Program-made: the position numbers and the translations under genes | Source of the DNA: an uncultured cyanobacterium | GTDB taxonomy: Bacteria > Cyanobacteriota > Cyanobacteriia > CAKZMO01 | Direction: 5' to 3' | NCBI GenBank assembly: GCA_963719515.1 | Contig: CAVRCJ010000005.1 | Span: 227,948 to 291,947, forward strand | DNA length: 64,000 nt | Notes under the pieces: model-generated | Databases searched by the model: none | What the model was told of the DNA's origin: nothing | Seen by the model: the letters and a program-made list of their open reading frames with translations, nothing else | Part shown: positions 40,301 to 51,150 of the stretch, one piece after another | Layout: each line of letters opens with the position of its first letter | Numbering within the stretch: position 1 is the first letter of the stretch

Positions 40301-41674
40301 TTACCGTGATAGTGGCTGGCTCAAATACTCCGCAAGGGGCTTACCCTGAATAGCGCAGTCTAGAAGCGTCATCGGATGAACGACGGGCACAGGACTTTGG
40401 CGCTGGCGAAGATGCTGACGAATTTGGAGCGCGCAACCAGGGTTAGGGGAGGCGATGATCGTCGCCCCCGTATTCAGTAAGTTATCTACCTTTTGCTGGC
40501 CTAGCTCGGCGGCGACCTCGGGCTGCAGCATGTTGTAGACCCCGGCGCTACCGCAGCATAGGGCCGCGTCCAGGGGCTCTCGCAGCTCGACTCCCGGAAT
40601 CTGCCGCAGCAGCTGCCTTGGGGGAAGGCTAATCTGCTGACCATGCAGCAGGTGACAGGCGTCTTGGTACACCACGGCGAGGGGATCAGACTGCAGGGGC
40701 GATAGCGGCGCGATGAGCCGAATTGCGGCTAGAAATTCCTGTACGTCCTGCACCTTGCTGGCAAATTCAGCCGCCTTGTGGCGATAGCTGGGGTCGTCCT
40801 GGAGCAGATGACCGTATTCCTTAAGGGTATGACCACACCCCGCTGCGTTGATGATGATAGCGTCTAGCTCTAACCCCTCAAAGCTGTCGATCATTCGTTT
40901 TGCCATCGTCTCGGCCTGCTGCGTTTCTCCCTGATGCTGGGGCAGCGCCGCGCAGCAGCCCTGCTCGCTAGGAATATGAACCTCGCAGCCGTTGGCGGTA
41001 AGCACCCTCACCGTGGCGTCGTTGACTTCGGAGAAGAGCAGCCGCTGCACGCACCCCAAAATTAGTCCCACCCGATAGCGGCGATCGCCCTGGGCCGCTC
41101 CTGGACCCATGCTTTGGGCCGGAATTCTGGTGGGCATGGGGGGACGAAAGGCGGAGGTTGGGACGTTGGGAAGCAGCTCGTCCATGGCGGCCAGCTGGGG
41201 AGAGAGCCGCTTTAAAAGAGGCGTAGCTCGGACCAAAGACTGAATTCCTGCTCGCTGGTACAGGAACAGGGGAACCAGCAGCGCTCTGAGCCGCTGGGGG
41301 TAGGGAAATAGGGAAAAGATCAGCCTGCGAATGAGGCGATCGCTCCAGGAGCGGGGTTGGTTGCGGGCGACCTGGGCACGGGTGGACTCAATAAGGCGAT
41401 CGTAGCGGACGCCCGAGGGGCAAGCGCTGACGCAGGCCAGGCAGCCTAGACAGGTATCAAAGTGCTGAGCAGTGGTGCCAACGAGGTCAATAGTTCCCTG
41501 GTTGACGGCGTCCATCGAGTAGATGCGGCCCCGGGGCGAGTCCATCTCGGTGCCCAATACCCGGTAGCTGGGGCAGGTTGTGAGGCAAAAGCCGCAGTGA
41601 ACGCAGGCATCAATGAGCGCTGGGTCAGGGGGATTCTGGGGATCGAAGCCTTGGGTAAGGGTAGCGTCTGACAT
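40301..41674 (-). CDS. glcF: Glycolate oxidase iron-sulfur subunit
   Basis: CVHCGFCLTTCP and CLGCLACVSACP 4Fe-4S motifs, DSPRGRI, CCG-type domains (GCCA, DACH, CCGSAG). Confidence 0.9.
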   Translation of the reverse strand: MSDATLTQGFDPQNPPDPALIDACVHCGFCLTTCPSYRVLGTEMDSPRGRIYSMDAVNQGTIDLVGTTAQHFDTCLGCLACVSACPSGVRYDRLIESTRAQVARNQPRSWSDRLIRRLIFSLFPYPQRLRALLVPLFLYQRAGIQSLVRATPLLKRLSPQLAAMDELLPNVPTSAFRPPMPTRIPAQSMGPGAAQGDRRYRVGLILGCVQRLLFSEVNDATVRVLTANGCEVHIPSEQGCCAALPQHQGETQQAETMAKRMIDSFEGLELDAIIINAAGCGHTLKEYGHLLQDDPSYRHKAAEFASKVQDVQEFLAAIRLIAPLSPLQSDPLAVVYQDACHLLHGQQISLPPRQLLRQIPGVELREPLDAALCCGSAGVYNMLQPEVAAELGQQKVDNLLNTGATIIASPNPGCALQIRQHLRQRQSPVPVVHPMTLLDCAIQGKPLAEYLSQPLSR

Positions 41675-41737
41675 TGGGCTTTTCACAACGTTTAATTGAA
41701 ACATCAACTCGGACGGGGACGCGGTATCGCCATGTCC

Positions 41738-43087
41738 CTATAGTAGAAAACGACCGGGGCTGAGGCGGCTATCGGGGTCGAACTGCTGCTTGATGCGGGC
41801 CATTAAGGGCAAAGCGTTGCCCGAATAGCCCCAAATATCGAAGCGCTGCTTCCAGTCTGCAGGAGCCGCCATCACCGACAAAAATCCGCCCTGACCTTGG
41901 TACAGCTGTCGTATCCTATCGAGTTCAGCCGCAGTTTGCAGATTTAAGCTGATCCAGCCCAGGCCGCTACCCACATGGGTCACCGCCGCCATTACCGTCA
42001 CCATTGATTCCAGCTGCCGCAGCGTCGCGATCGCCTTTGCGGGCATCAGCCCCACCTTCGCCATAACCCAGACGCCTTCTGGGTCGGGGTTAGGCCGCTC
42101 TCGTAAATCCTGCAGCTGCTGCCACAGGGTTTGCTCTGCCTCACCTACTGCGGTTGCCGCCGTCAATCCCAATTCCCCTGCCCATCGAGATAAGATATCT
42201 ACCTGGCTCTCTACTCCGACAGTAACGCTTTGGAAGCGGGCCAGCACGCCGGGATGAGCCCCATAGCCGAGCTGGGACAGGGCGCTACCGCTAACCAAGG
42301 AAAGCCCGGTAGGGGTCAGCCCCGATCTCAATACTCGAGCCAGCAGACGGTCTAGCGCGCTGGCTTCCCCAGCGATCGCCAGGGTTTTTGACGCTTCGGT
42401 TTGAGGATAGAGTCGCAAGGTCACCTCGCTCACAAGGCCCAAGCTGCCCCAGGACCCCGTCATTAGCTTCATCAGGTCGTAGCCCGCCACATTTTTCACC
42501 ACCCGTCCCCCTGCCTTGGCGCGCTGACCGTCGGCCCGCACCAGGGAGACGCCAATCAGCATGTCCCGCAGGCCGCCATAGCGCTGACGCATCCAGCCGG
42601 TATCGGCGGTGGCGACGACACCGCCCAAGGTCGCCCGCTGTGGATAGGCCGGGTTGAAGCCAAAGCACTGACGGTGCTGCTGCAGCTGGGGCAGCAGGGA
42701 GGCCACCGTTGCGCCAGCCTCTGCCGTAATCGTCAGATCTCCGGCAGCATGCTCCACGAGTCGGTTGAGCCGGGCCGTGCTCACCCCGAGCTGCACCGGG
42801 CGGGACAGACCGCCCCAGGCCAGCTTGCTGCCGCTGCCAAAGGGCAAAATCGACCAGCCCTCGGCCTTAGCCAAAGCTAGAGTCTCAGCGAGTTCAGCCT
42901 GGGTTTGGGGATAGACGACGCCAGCGGGTAGGGCCTGGTTTGGGGCAATCGCTGAGGTGAGCTGGCTGCGCAGCGCTTCCGGCAGGTGCTCCCAGGGGGA
43001 AATACGCTCAGCACCTAGCGCCTGATCGACGCGGCGGGCGATCGCATCTTTGTCTATTGCGTCTTCAAACAGGGGTACAGCACTCAT
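41738..43087 (-). CDS. glcE: Glycolate oxidase FAD-binding subunit
   Basis: PFGSGSKL, ATLGGVVA, AGGRVVKNVAGYDLMKL, GSWGSLG, IKQQFDP; directly upstream of glcF. ATG at 43087. Confidence 0.88.
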   Translation of the reverse strand: MSAVPLFEDAIDKDAIARRVDQALGAERISPWEHLPEALRSQLTSAIAPNQALPAGVVYPQTQAELAETLALAKAEGWSILPFGSGSKLAWGGLSRPVQLGVSTARLNRLVEHAAGDLTITAEAGATVASLLPQLQQHRQCFGFNPAYPQRATLGGVVATADTGWMRQRYGGLRDMLIGVSLVRADGQRAKAGGRVVKNVAGYDLMKLMTGSWGSLGLVSEVTLRLYPQTEASKTLAIAGEASALDRLLARVLRSGLTPTGLSLVSGSALSQLGYGAHPGVLARFQSVTVGVESQVDILSRWAGELGLTAATAVGEAEQTLWQQLQDLRERPNPDPEGVWVMAKVGLMPAKAIATLRQLESMVTVMAAVTHVGSGLGWISLNLQTAAELDRIRQLYQGQGGFLSVMAAPADWKQRFDIWGYSGNALPLMARIKQQFDPDSRLSPGRFLL

Positions 43088-43147
43088 CCCTAAAGCCTGA
43101 TTTAACCGCACCCTCGATCATCTCACAATTGCGAGAGACGCTGCACA

Positions 43148-45052
43148 ATGAAGCAAAATGATGTTGTGGTGTTGTGCGAGACCGGCCTAGGTGACCCAGC
43201 CATGTTATTTGACTTCCTACAGCTCTGCCAAACTATAAGGCGGTTTCCGCGACGGTGCTTTGGAAACGTCACCTTTAGGCAGGCGATGGGCTGCAGCCTG
43301 GCAGGATTGGGGCTGATGCTGGCCTTGGGGCTGCAGCCTGGATGGGCGCAGCAACCGCTGGGCCAGATACCGGAAGTCACGCCATCTGCGCCGAAGACAG
43401 AGCCCGCCCAGGGGAGCACTTCCAGCACTGACAATGTCCCCAACGTTAAATCGCCAAAGACTGAAGCGAGCCAGAGCGACTCCGACAATGCTGAAGGATC
43501 TAGTAGCGGTCTCTCAACGCCCGAAGAGGCTGTCGACGTTAAGCGGGCGGCGGTAACCCTGGACGGCCGGAAGCTGTTTACCGTTGCGGGAGAAAGCGAC
43601 GAAGCCGCCCAAGATCGCGCCGAGCGCATTACTCAGGCGCTACAGGCTTACGTCGTCGAGACGCCACTGCCCAAGGTCAGCATGAGGCAGACCTCAGAAG
43701 GCATCTCTATTTTGGTGGGAAACGAGGTCCTGATGCAGGTCACAGAGGCCGACAGCTATCTGGAAAACGACGATACTGCCCGTACGCCGACGCGGCTGGC
43801 AAAAGCCTGGGTTGTAGACATTAGGCGGGCGCTAGAGCAGGCCCACGAGCAGCGTACCCCCGAATCACTACGGCGATCGCTCCTGTTTGCCGGGGGCGCT
43901 CTTTGCCTCGCCACCGCAGTCTATTGGTGGACCCGGCGCTTTCAAGAGCGCGTCGCCTCCCACGTGTTTGCACAGGTGCGCGATCTCGTCTCCGGCAAAG
44001 CCGGCGATCCCTCGCTCCCTCAGCTGCTCAACCTGCTGGCAGGCTTAGGGCTTATTCTGTCCCGCGTCTGCATTGTCGCCGCCGCCATCATCTACGCGAT
44101 CGCCTTGTTTCCCGACGCTAGCGGCCCGGCCTACGTTGTCGGACAACGGGTGCTGAGTACGTTTACCTCGCCCATCTTCCCCTTAGGAGACGACGCCTAC
44201 TCCGTCATCGATTTGCTCATTTTGCTGGTGGCTCTCCTGGGGGTCGTCATCGGCGCTCGCCTGCTGTCCAACCTGCTGCGATCGCGGGTGCTGACCATGG
44301 CGGGGCTGAGTTCAGGGTCTCAGGCGGCGATCGCCACCCTCAGCCGCTACACCCTGATTGCCCTTGGCAGCATCGTGCTGCTGCAGGTGTGGGGGTTAGA
44401 TCTAAGCTCTTTGACCCTGCTGGCCAGCGCCCTGAGCTTCGGAATTGGCTTTGGCCTGCAAAATATTGCCCGCGACTTTAGCAGCGGCCTAGTGCTCCTC
44501 TTTGAGCGGCCGCTGCAGGTGGGAGACTTTGTGGAAGTGGGGGAGTTTGTTGGCACCGTAAATCAGATCGGCGCTCGCAGCACCCACATCAAGACCCTCA
44601 ACCAAATTTCAATCATTGTCCCTAACTCCTATTTTTTGGAGAACCAGGTGATCAACTGGAGCCACGAAAACCCCCTCTCGCGAATCGCTATTCCCGTTGG
44701 CGTGTCTTACAATGCCGACCCCAAAGCGGTACGCGAGCTGCTGCTCGACGTGGGGCGTGAGCAGCCTGGTGTCGTTAAGATGCCGCCCCCGCAGGTGTTT
44801 TTTAAGGGATTTGGAGATAGCTCACTCGATTTTGAGCTGCTGGTGTGGATTATGGAGCCCAACCGACACCCCTTAATCAAAAGCGACCTCTACTTCAGCC
44901 TTTTTGAGCGGCTGACCCGTGAAGCGATCGAGATTCCCTTTCCCCAAAGAGATCTACATATTCGCAGCGGCACCCTACCCGTAGAGCCGGCATCACCCGA
45001 TGGCATGAGGCAAAATCATTCTTTAGCAGAGAAGATAGACCCGAGGAGCTAG
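43148..45052 (+). CDS. MscS-family mechanosensitive channel with N-terminal periplasmic extension
   Basis: GIGFGLQNIARDFSSGLVLLFERPLQVGD, IIVPNS, NWS, FGDSSLDFEL, IPFPQRDLH; start uncertain. Confidence 0.9.
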   Translation: MKQNDVVVLCETGLGDPAMLFDFLQLCQTIRRFPRRCFGNVTFRQAMGCSLAGLGLMLALGLQPGWAQQPLGQIPEVTPSAPKTEPAQGSTSSTDNVPNVKSPKTEASQSDSDNAEGSSSGLSTPEEAVDVKRAAVTLDGRKLFTVAGESDEAAQDRAERITQALQAYVVETPLPKVSMRQTSEGISILVGNEVLMQVTEADSYLENDDTARTPTRLAKAWVVDIRRALEQAHEQRTPESLRRSLLFAGGALCLATAVYWWTRRFQERVASHVFAQVRDLVSGKAGDPSLPQLLNLLAGLGLILSRVCIVAAAIIYAIALFPDASGPAYVVGQRVLSTFTSPIFPLGDDAYSVIDLLILLVALLGVVIGARLLSNLLRSRVLTMAGLSSGSQAAIATLSRYTLIALGSIVLLQVWGLDLSSLTLLASALSFGIGFGLQNIARDFSSGLVLLFERPLQVGDFVEVGEFVGTVNQIGARSTHIKTLNQISIIVPNSYFLENQVINWSHENPLSRIAIPVGVSYNADPKAVRELLLDVGREQPGVVKMPPPQVFFKGFGDSSLDFELLVWIMEPNRHPLIKSDLYFSLFERLTREAIEIPFPQRDLHIRSGTLPVEPASPDGMRQNHSLAEKIDPRS

Positions 45053-45538
45053 GCCATTGAGTAGACTGTCTACGCCTATGGCGGTTTCTCTGACTCAAGC
45101 TTGGTGAGAGGCGGTTCACATCCACAAACCCGGAGGCGATCGCTGCCGGTTCTAATTGCTCTCTAAGGTTTTGCCGCCGTCCGTTCTGTATAACAAAGTA
45201 GTAGGTTGGGACCATGATGAGGAGGGGAGATTCTCTTCACAGGAAAAAGCTCGCTTCCCGAAGCCAGCCCTAGCTTAATTAGGACTGTCGCCTTCGGTCG
45301 GAGGGCCTGCGATTGAGCGACCTCTAACTAAAGTTTCAGCTGAAGCAAAGATACTTTTTTCGGCCGGTGCAGCAGCGCTAAATTAGGTCTGCTCCTTTAG
45401 GATGGTTTTTACAAATAGGGCAATTACCTCACAGCGGAAGCTCCCTTCTTTATAGCCCTATTCGGCTCGGCCCAGTCCATTGAAGCCAACGCTCTTGCGG
45501 AGCTTGCGCGTTAACTTCTCATTTAGGCTCTTCGTCCC

Positions 45539-46885
45539 ATGGCATCGCCCCCAGATTCTCAACTACAGACTCTCAGAGAAAACTCCTCTCCCCAAACCCA
45601 TCTGTCTTCTCAGAATACGGGCCGCCCCTGGCTGTGGGGAATTTTGCTTATCCTGCTGCTGGGGGGAGGAATTCTCCTGTGGCGCATGCTGACCTCCCGA
45701 GGAGCCCCGCCGGAGATGGGGCCAATGGAGGTGCTGGTAGAGCTGCAGGACCTAGAGCTAGAGCCGGTTGAAACTAGCTCGGAGTTTATTGGCGTCCTCG
45801 ACGCGCCCCAGGGGGTTACCCTGCGGCCTGAAGTGGAGGGCCGGATTACCGAAATTTTTGTTGCAGCGGGCGATGCCGTGCAGCCGGGCGATCCGGTTGT
45901 GCAGCTCAGTCCCGATCGCAATCGGGCTGAAGTGAGCGCAGCCCAGGCCAATGAAAGCGTGTCCCAGGCGGCGCTGCGCACGGCCCAGTCTGAAGTGAGC
46001 GCCCTCAGAGCGGAAAAAGTCGAGCTAGAAGCTGATCTGGAGCTGCAGAACACCGAATACGGTAGAATCCAGTCCCTGGTATCTGACGGCGCTTTGGCCC
46101 AGCGAGATCTAGACCAGGTCGAGCGCGATCGCCGGACCGCTCAGGCCGCTCTCAACGCCATCAATGAGCGCATCAATGCGGCGGAGCAGGCAGTCGCCCA
46201 GGCCGAGGCCGCTCTCAGTCAGGCCCAGTCACAAACCGGGGCCGTGCAGGCGGACCTCAACGACAAACAGGTCTCCTCCCCCATTGATGGCGTGGTGGGC
46301 GACGTGCCCGTGAAGCTCGGAGACTACGTCGATGCGGGGGATTTGCTGACCACTATCACTCAAAACGAAACCCTAGAGATAGAGCTGGATATTCCCATCG
46401 AATACCGCGATCGCCTCCGCCCCGGGCTACCGGTAGAAATTGTCGTCGGCCCCAATAGCGACGCGATCGCCTCGGGGCAAATCACCTTCATCGATCCTCA
46501 AGTCAATGCCGCTACCCAGTCCCTATCGGCTAAAGCAAGCTTTACCAACGGTATCGGCCTCCAGGACGAGCAGCGCGTGGTTACCCGCGTCGTCTGGAGC
46601 GAGCAGCCTGGTGTCTTAGTGCCCACAACGGCCATTTCCCGGCTTGGGGGACAAACCTTTGTCTATGTTGCTCAGTCTGAAGCCAGTGAAGGCGGGGAGC
46701 CTCAAATGGTGGTAGAACAGCGCTTGGTTACTTTGGGAGACATCCAGGGCAACAGCTATCAGGTGATGGAAGGCATTGATGCGGGGGAAACCATCGTCAC
46801 CTCAGGCATCCTCAATCTCTCCGACGGAGCCCCCATCACCACCGAAGCGACACCGCCAGGAGCGGGCGGACCGCCCGCAGGCTAA
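45539..46885 (+). CDS. RND efflux periplasmic adaptor subunit
   Basis: N-terminal TM, LRPEVEGRI, coiled-coil hairpin, SPIDGVVG, FIDPQV, VLVPTTAI. Confidence 0.92.
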   Translation: MASPPDSQLQTLRENSSPQTHLSSQNTGRPWLWGILLILLLGGGILLWRMLTSRGAPPEMGPMEVLVELQDLELEPVETSSEFIGVLDAPQGVTLRPEVEGRITEIFVAAGDAVQPGDPVVQLSPDRNRAEVSAAQANESVSQAALRTAQSEVSALRAEKVELEADLELQNTEYGRIQSLVSDGALAQRDLDQVERDRRTAQAALNAINERINAAEQAVAQAEAALSQAQSQTGAVQADLNDKQVSSPIDGVVGDVPVKLGDYVDAGDLLTTITQNETLEIELDIPIEYRDRLRPGLPVEIVVGPNSDAIASGQITFIDPQVNAATQSLSAKASFTNGIGLQDEQRVVTRVVWSEQPGVLVPTTAISRLGGQTFVYVAQSEASEGGEPQMVVEQRLVTLGDIQGNSYQVMEGIDAGETIVTSGILNLSDGAPITTEATPPGAGGPPAG

Positions 46886-46960
46886 GCGCCAAGACGTCCT
46901 GTAAAGACGCTCTACTAAAGACGCCCCGACCGACAGCACCATGCTCACCACCACAGGCTT

Positions 46961-49900
46961 ATGTTTGTCGAATATTTCATCAAGCGCCCCGTTTTCACCA
47001 CTGTCTCTGCCCTGATTATCCTGTTAGTGGGGGCGATCGCCGTTCCGACCCTGCCCATCGCCCAGTACCCCGACATCAGCCCCAAACAGGTGACCGTTAG
47101 CGCCAACTATATCGGCGCGGACGCCCGCACGGTAGAGGATGCGGTGACCACAGTGCTAGAGCGGGAGATCAACGGGGTGGAGGGCATGCGCTACATGACC
47201 TCCTCTAGCTCCAACGATGGGTTTAGCAACATCACCGTCACCTTTGGTCCCGAGCGAGACCAAGACATTGCGGCGGTAGATATTCAAAACCGAGTCTCCA
47301 TTGCCGAACCGCAGCTGCCGGAAGAGGTAATCCGCACGGGGGTAGCCGTCAGTAAAGAGTCCAGCAGCATCCTGCTGGGCTTTGGCCTCTTTGCCGAGGA
47401 TGAGAAATACGACAGCACCTTTTTGAGCAACTACGCCGATCTCTACATTGTCGACACCCTCAAGCAGGTGGAAGGGGTGGGCAACGTGCAGATTTTCGGT
47501 GAGCGCAAGTACGCCATGCGCATCTGGCTCGACCCCAACCGCCTGGCTAGCCGCAGCTTGACGGCCCAAGACGTGGTGGACGCTCTGCGAGAGCAAAACA
47601 TCCAGGTGGGGGTGGGGCGCGTGGGCCAGCCTCCTGTGGACGAAGACCAGCGCTACCAGATCGACCTGCGGGCCGTGAGCCGCCTAGAAGAGGTGTCTGA
47701 GTTTGAAGACGTGGTGGTAGCGCGAAGCGAAACGGGGAGCCTGACCCGCATCCGGGACGTAGGCCGCGCGGAGCTGGGGGCTGAAAACTACGGCACTTTC
47801 CTGCGCTTTCGCGGCAACGAGGCGGTGGGGCTGGGCATCTACCAAGTTCCGGGCAGTAACGCCCTGCAGGTGGCCCAGGGGGTCAAGGCGACCATGGAAG
47901 ACCTCCGGCAGGACTTCCCCCCCGGTCTCACCTACGACATCGGCTTTGACACCACCGACTTTGTGCAGCAGTCGCTAACCCGCGTCATCTGGACGCTAAT
48001 CCAGGCGGTCAGCCTGGTGGTTCTGGTGATCTTTATCTTTCTGCAGGACTGGCGCACGACGGTTATTCCGGCGGTGACCATTCCGGTGGCGCTGGTGGGC
48101 ACCTTTGCCTTTGTTAAAATCTTTGATTTCTCCATCAACAGCCTGACGCTATTCGGCCTCACCCTGGCAACGGGGATGGTGGTGGACGACGCCATCGTGG
48201 TGGTTGAGGAAATTTCGTCGCGCATTCAGCAGCGCGACATGTCGCCCCAGCAGGCTGCCGTCACGGCGATGCAGTCTCTTACTGGGGCGGTTGTTGCCAC
48301 ATCCCTGGTACTGATGGCGGTGTTCGTTCCGGTGGCCTTCTTCCCCGGCACAACGGGGGCGCTCTACCGGCAGTTCGCCCTCACCATTGCTTTTGCCATC
48401 GCCCTCTCTACCTTCAACGCCCTCACCCTTACCCCCGGCCTGTCCGCCCTGCTGCTGCGCCGCCAGCCCCCCATGAGCGGTCCTTTGGGAGCGATATTCT
48501 CCCGGTTTAACCGCATGCTGGACTGGGTTCGCGATCGCTACAGCGATGCCCTAGAGTCTTTGGTGCGCTGGAAATACATCGTGCTCGCGGCTTTTGTGGC
48601 CCTGCTGGCGGCAACGGCCTGGCTATATTCCGTCGTACCGTCTGCTTTTTTGCCCGACGAAGACCAGGGCTACTTCATCACCATCGTGGGTGGCCCCGAG
48701 GGCGCTAGCATTAACTACACCAGCGACGTGGTGAAGCAGATCGAGGACCTCTACCTGCCTTTACCTGAGGTGCGGGCAACCTTTGCCGTGGGTGGCTTTG
48801 GCTTTAGCGGCAACACCGCCAACAGCGCCGTCGTGTTTACTACGCTGATTCCCTGGTCGGAGCGCACCGACCCCGCTCAGTCAGCTCAGTCCGTGATCAA
48901 CCAGGTACAGGGCTCGCTGTTCCAAATTACAGAGGCCCAAGCTTTTGCCGTCAACCCGCCCGCTATTCAGGGACTGGGGACCTTTAGCGGCTTCCAATAC
49001 CGGCTGCAGGACCGGCGCGGCAATTTGGACCTCAATCAGTTTGTGCAGGTGTCCAACGAGCTCATCGGGGCCGCAAACCAAAACCCCGATCTGCAGGCAG
49101 TGTTCACCACCTATTCGGCGAGCAACCCGCAAATCGAGCTTCAGGTAGACCGCAACCGGGCCAAGGCGCTAGACGTCGATATTGACGACGTTTTGAGCGT
49201 CCTGCAGACCTACCTCGGCTCTCAGTACGTCAACGACTTCAACTTAGGGCGGCGCACTTACCGGGTCTATGTCCAGGCGGACGAACCATTTCGCTCTAGC
49301 CCAGAGGACATCGACCAGCTCTACGTGCGCTCTAATCAAGGTGAGATGATTCCTTTGAGCAACCTGCTCACCAAACAGAATCAAACCGGAGCGCAGTCCA
49401 TCACCCACTACAACGGCTACCGCTCCATCGAAATCAACGGTAGCCCAACGCCAGGCACCAGCTCCGGGGTTGCCCTAGAGGCCATGGAGGCCGTATCGGC
49501 GCAGACTCTGCCGCCGGGAATAGGCTACCAGTGGTCAGGCACCTCCCTGGAGGAAATTGAGTCCGGGGGCCAAGCCCCACTCATTTTTGGTCTGGGCCTG
49601 GTGTTTGTATTTTTGGTGCTGGCGGCGCAGTATGAAAGCTACGTCGACCCCACCGTGATTATGTTTGCGGTGCCTCTGGCCATTTTGGGGGCGCTGCTGG
49701 CGCAGCAGCTGCGGGGGCTCCCCAATGATGTGTACTGCCAAATTGGGTTGGTGATGCTCATTGGTCTGTCGAGTAAGAACTCGATTTTGATTGTGGAGTT
49801 TGCCAACCAGCTGCGCTGCGAGGGCTACTCCATCGTGCAGGCGGCGCTGGAGGCGTCTCGACAGCGGCTGCGCCCAATTCTAATGACGGCAATTTCTACC

Positions 49901-50128
49901 CTCAGCAGTATCTTCCCGCTGGTAATCGCTACAGGGGCTGGCGCGGCAAGCCGGCACTCTCTGGGCACAGCGGTATTTGGCGGCATGTTTGTGGCCACGC
50001 TATTGAGCCTGTTTGTGGTGCCGATTTTGTATGTGGTGATTAAGTCGTTGTCTACCCGCGTCCTGCCGCGCGGGGCAGATGCAGCTTCTGAAGCCGATGA
50101 AACGGAGAAGGAAAAGGCAATAGTTTAG
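46961..50128 (+). CDS. RND efflux permease (HAE1/AcrB family)
   Basis: FIKRPVF, PIAQYP, GMVVDDAIVVVE, KNSILIVEFA, RLRPILMT. Confidence 0.95.
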   Translation: MFVEYFIKRPVFTTVSALIILLVGAIAVPTLPIAQYPDISPKQVTVSANYIGADARTVEDAVTTVLEREINGVEGMRYMTSSSSNDGFSNITVTFGPERDQDIAAVDIQNRVSIAEPQLPEEVIRTGVAVSKESSSILLGFGLFAEDEKYDSTFLSNYADLYIVDTLKQVEGVGNVQIFGERKYAMRIWLDPNRLASRSLTAQDVVDALREQNIQVGVGRVGQPPVDEDQRYQIDLRAVSRLEEVSEFEDVVVARSETGSLTRIRDVGRAELGAENYGTFLRFRGNEAVGLGIYQVPGSNALQVAQGVKATMEDLRQDFPPGLTYDIGFDTTDFVQQSLTRVIWTLIQAVSLVVLVIFIFLQDWRTTVIPAVTIPVALVGTFAFVKIFDFSINSLTLFGLTLATGMVVDDAIVVVEEISSRIQQRDMSPQQAAVTAMQSLTGAVVATSLVLMAVFVPVAFFPGTTGALYRQFALTIAFAIALSTFNALTLTPGLSALLLRRQPPMSGPLGAIFSRFNRMLDWVRDRYSDALESLVRWKYIVLAAFVALLAATAWLYSVVPSAFLPDEDQGYFITIVGGPEGASINYTSDVVKQIEDLYLPLPEVRATFAVGGFGFSGNTANSAVVFTTLIPWSERTDPAQSAQSVINQVQGSLFQITEAQAFAVNPPAIQGLGTFSGFQYRLQDRRGNLDLNQFVQVSNELIGAANQNPDLQAVFTTYSASNPQIELQVDRNRAKALDVDIDDVLSVLQTYLGSQYVNDFNLGRRTYRVYVQADEPFRSSPEDIDQLYVRSNQGEMIPLSNLLTKQNQTGAQSITHYNGYRSIEINGSPTPGTSSGVALEAMEAVSAQTLPPGIGYQWSGTSLEEIESGGQAPLIFGLGLVFVFLVLAAQYESYVDPTVIMFAVPLAILGALLAQQLRGLPNDVYCQIGLVMLIGLSSKNSILIVEFANQLRCEGYSIVQAALEASRQRLRPILMTAISTLSSIFPLVIATGAGAASRHSLGTAVFGGMFVATLLSLFVVPILYVVIKSLSTRVLPRGADAASEADETEKEKAIV

Positions 50129-50263
50129 AGGCGAATTTTCAGAGCAGTGGTTAGGGTTATCGCTTTGAGGGCGATCGCGGCACAGCCTAAAGGCACATTG
50201 CAAGACTTAGCCAGCTGAGATAAAGTTTAAGAGAATATTAAATTCCTAAGGTGTCGCTCGAAT

Positions 50264-50503
50264 ATGATGCTACTAAAGCCAGCAACTCTACGGTTGATCT
50301 GGGCGGTGGTTGAGACCGTGCCTAGCCAAAACCTGCTCTCTTCATCAGACACGGCACTGGTATCGACCTTAGTCCAACGCGCCTCAAGCCAAAGCGTCCT
50401 TAGCGAGAGCGAGATCTCTTCTCTTACGAGATACATTCAATCAAAGCTATCGCTGATTCGAGATATCGCTGATACCCGCAGCAGCGGATTCTATGCAAGC
50501 TAA
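50264..50503 (+). CDS. Small conserved cyanobacterial hypothetical protein
   Basis: 79 aa; pattern LR.IW.VVE...LL..SD..LV..L....YIQSKL.LIRDIA. Confidence 0.6.
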   Translation: MMLLKPATLRLIWAVVETVPSQNLLSSSDTALVSTLVQRASSQSVLSESEISSLTRYIQSKLSLIRDIADTRSSGFYAS

Positions 50504-50524
50504 CCCGGCCCTACTAACTCTGGG

Positions 50525-51124
50525 CTAAAGAGTCCCCTCAGGCAGGGTTAGCACCTGATTGATCACGTGAATCACGCCGTTAGTCGCCCTGATGTCTGAC
50601 TCCGTCGCCCTGACATCATTGGCATAGAGGCTGCTCCGGCGGAGCCGCAAATTGAGGTCAGGGCGAGCCAAGGTGCGCTGAGCTGAGCTCCGGCTACCCA
50701 AAACGGTGACAAAGCTGTCGGTGGTAATCGGTTCTGCGCGGACAATGATGTGATAGGACAATAGCGTCGCCAGCTGGTCTCGCTGCTCAGCCGTCAGGCC
50801 GCCCTGAAACTGGGGATTGGCGGCTAAGAATTCGCTGAAAGCGCTATCAGATGGCGCAAACACCGTGAATCGTCCGTAACCCCGCAGGTCTTCGGCAATG
50901 CCCAGCGTTTCCAGCAGGCTGACAAAAGTTGTCAAGCCGTACTGCTCAGCGGTGTCAACTAGATCCAAATGGCCGTCAGCGACAAGCGCTGGAGCGGCCT
51001 GTGACGGCAACGGGTTGAGCGGGACGGAGACATCCTCTATAGCTCGAACCTGAGTCGCAGCCGGGGCGATCAGCGCTAGACCTGATGCCGCGATCGCAAT
51101 TGTAACCAACCTTAACCGGTTCAT
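50525..51124 (-). CDS. Fasciclin (FAS1) domain exported protein
   Basis: Signal peptide, FTVFAPSDSAF, LLSYHI, ATNGVIHVINQVL. ATG at 51124. Confidence 0.9.
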   Translation of the reverse strand: MNRLRLVTIAIAASGLALIAPAATQVRAIEDVSVPLNPLPSQAAPALVADGHLDLVDTAEQYGLTTFVSLLETLGIAEDLRGYGRFTVFAPSDSAFSEFLAANPQFQGGLTAEQRDQLATLLSYHIIVRAEPITTDSFVTVLGSRSSAQRTLARPDLNLRLRRSSLYANDVRATESDIRATNGVIHVINQVLTLPEGTL

Positions 51125-51150
51125 TTCAGCCTTCTCCTGCAATCCTAGGC

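Noticed and set aside
46891..46930. Three AAGACG-starting short repeats between the RND genes
   Set aside because: Short and degenerate, typical of cyanobacterial intergenic micro-repeats; no function supportable.
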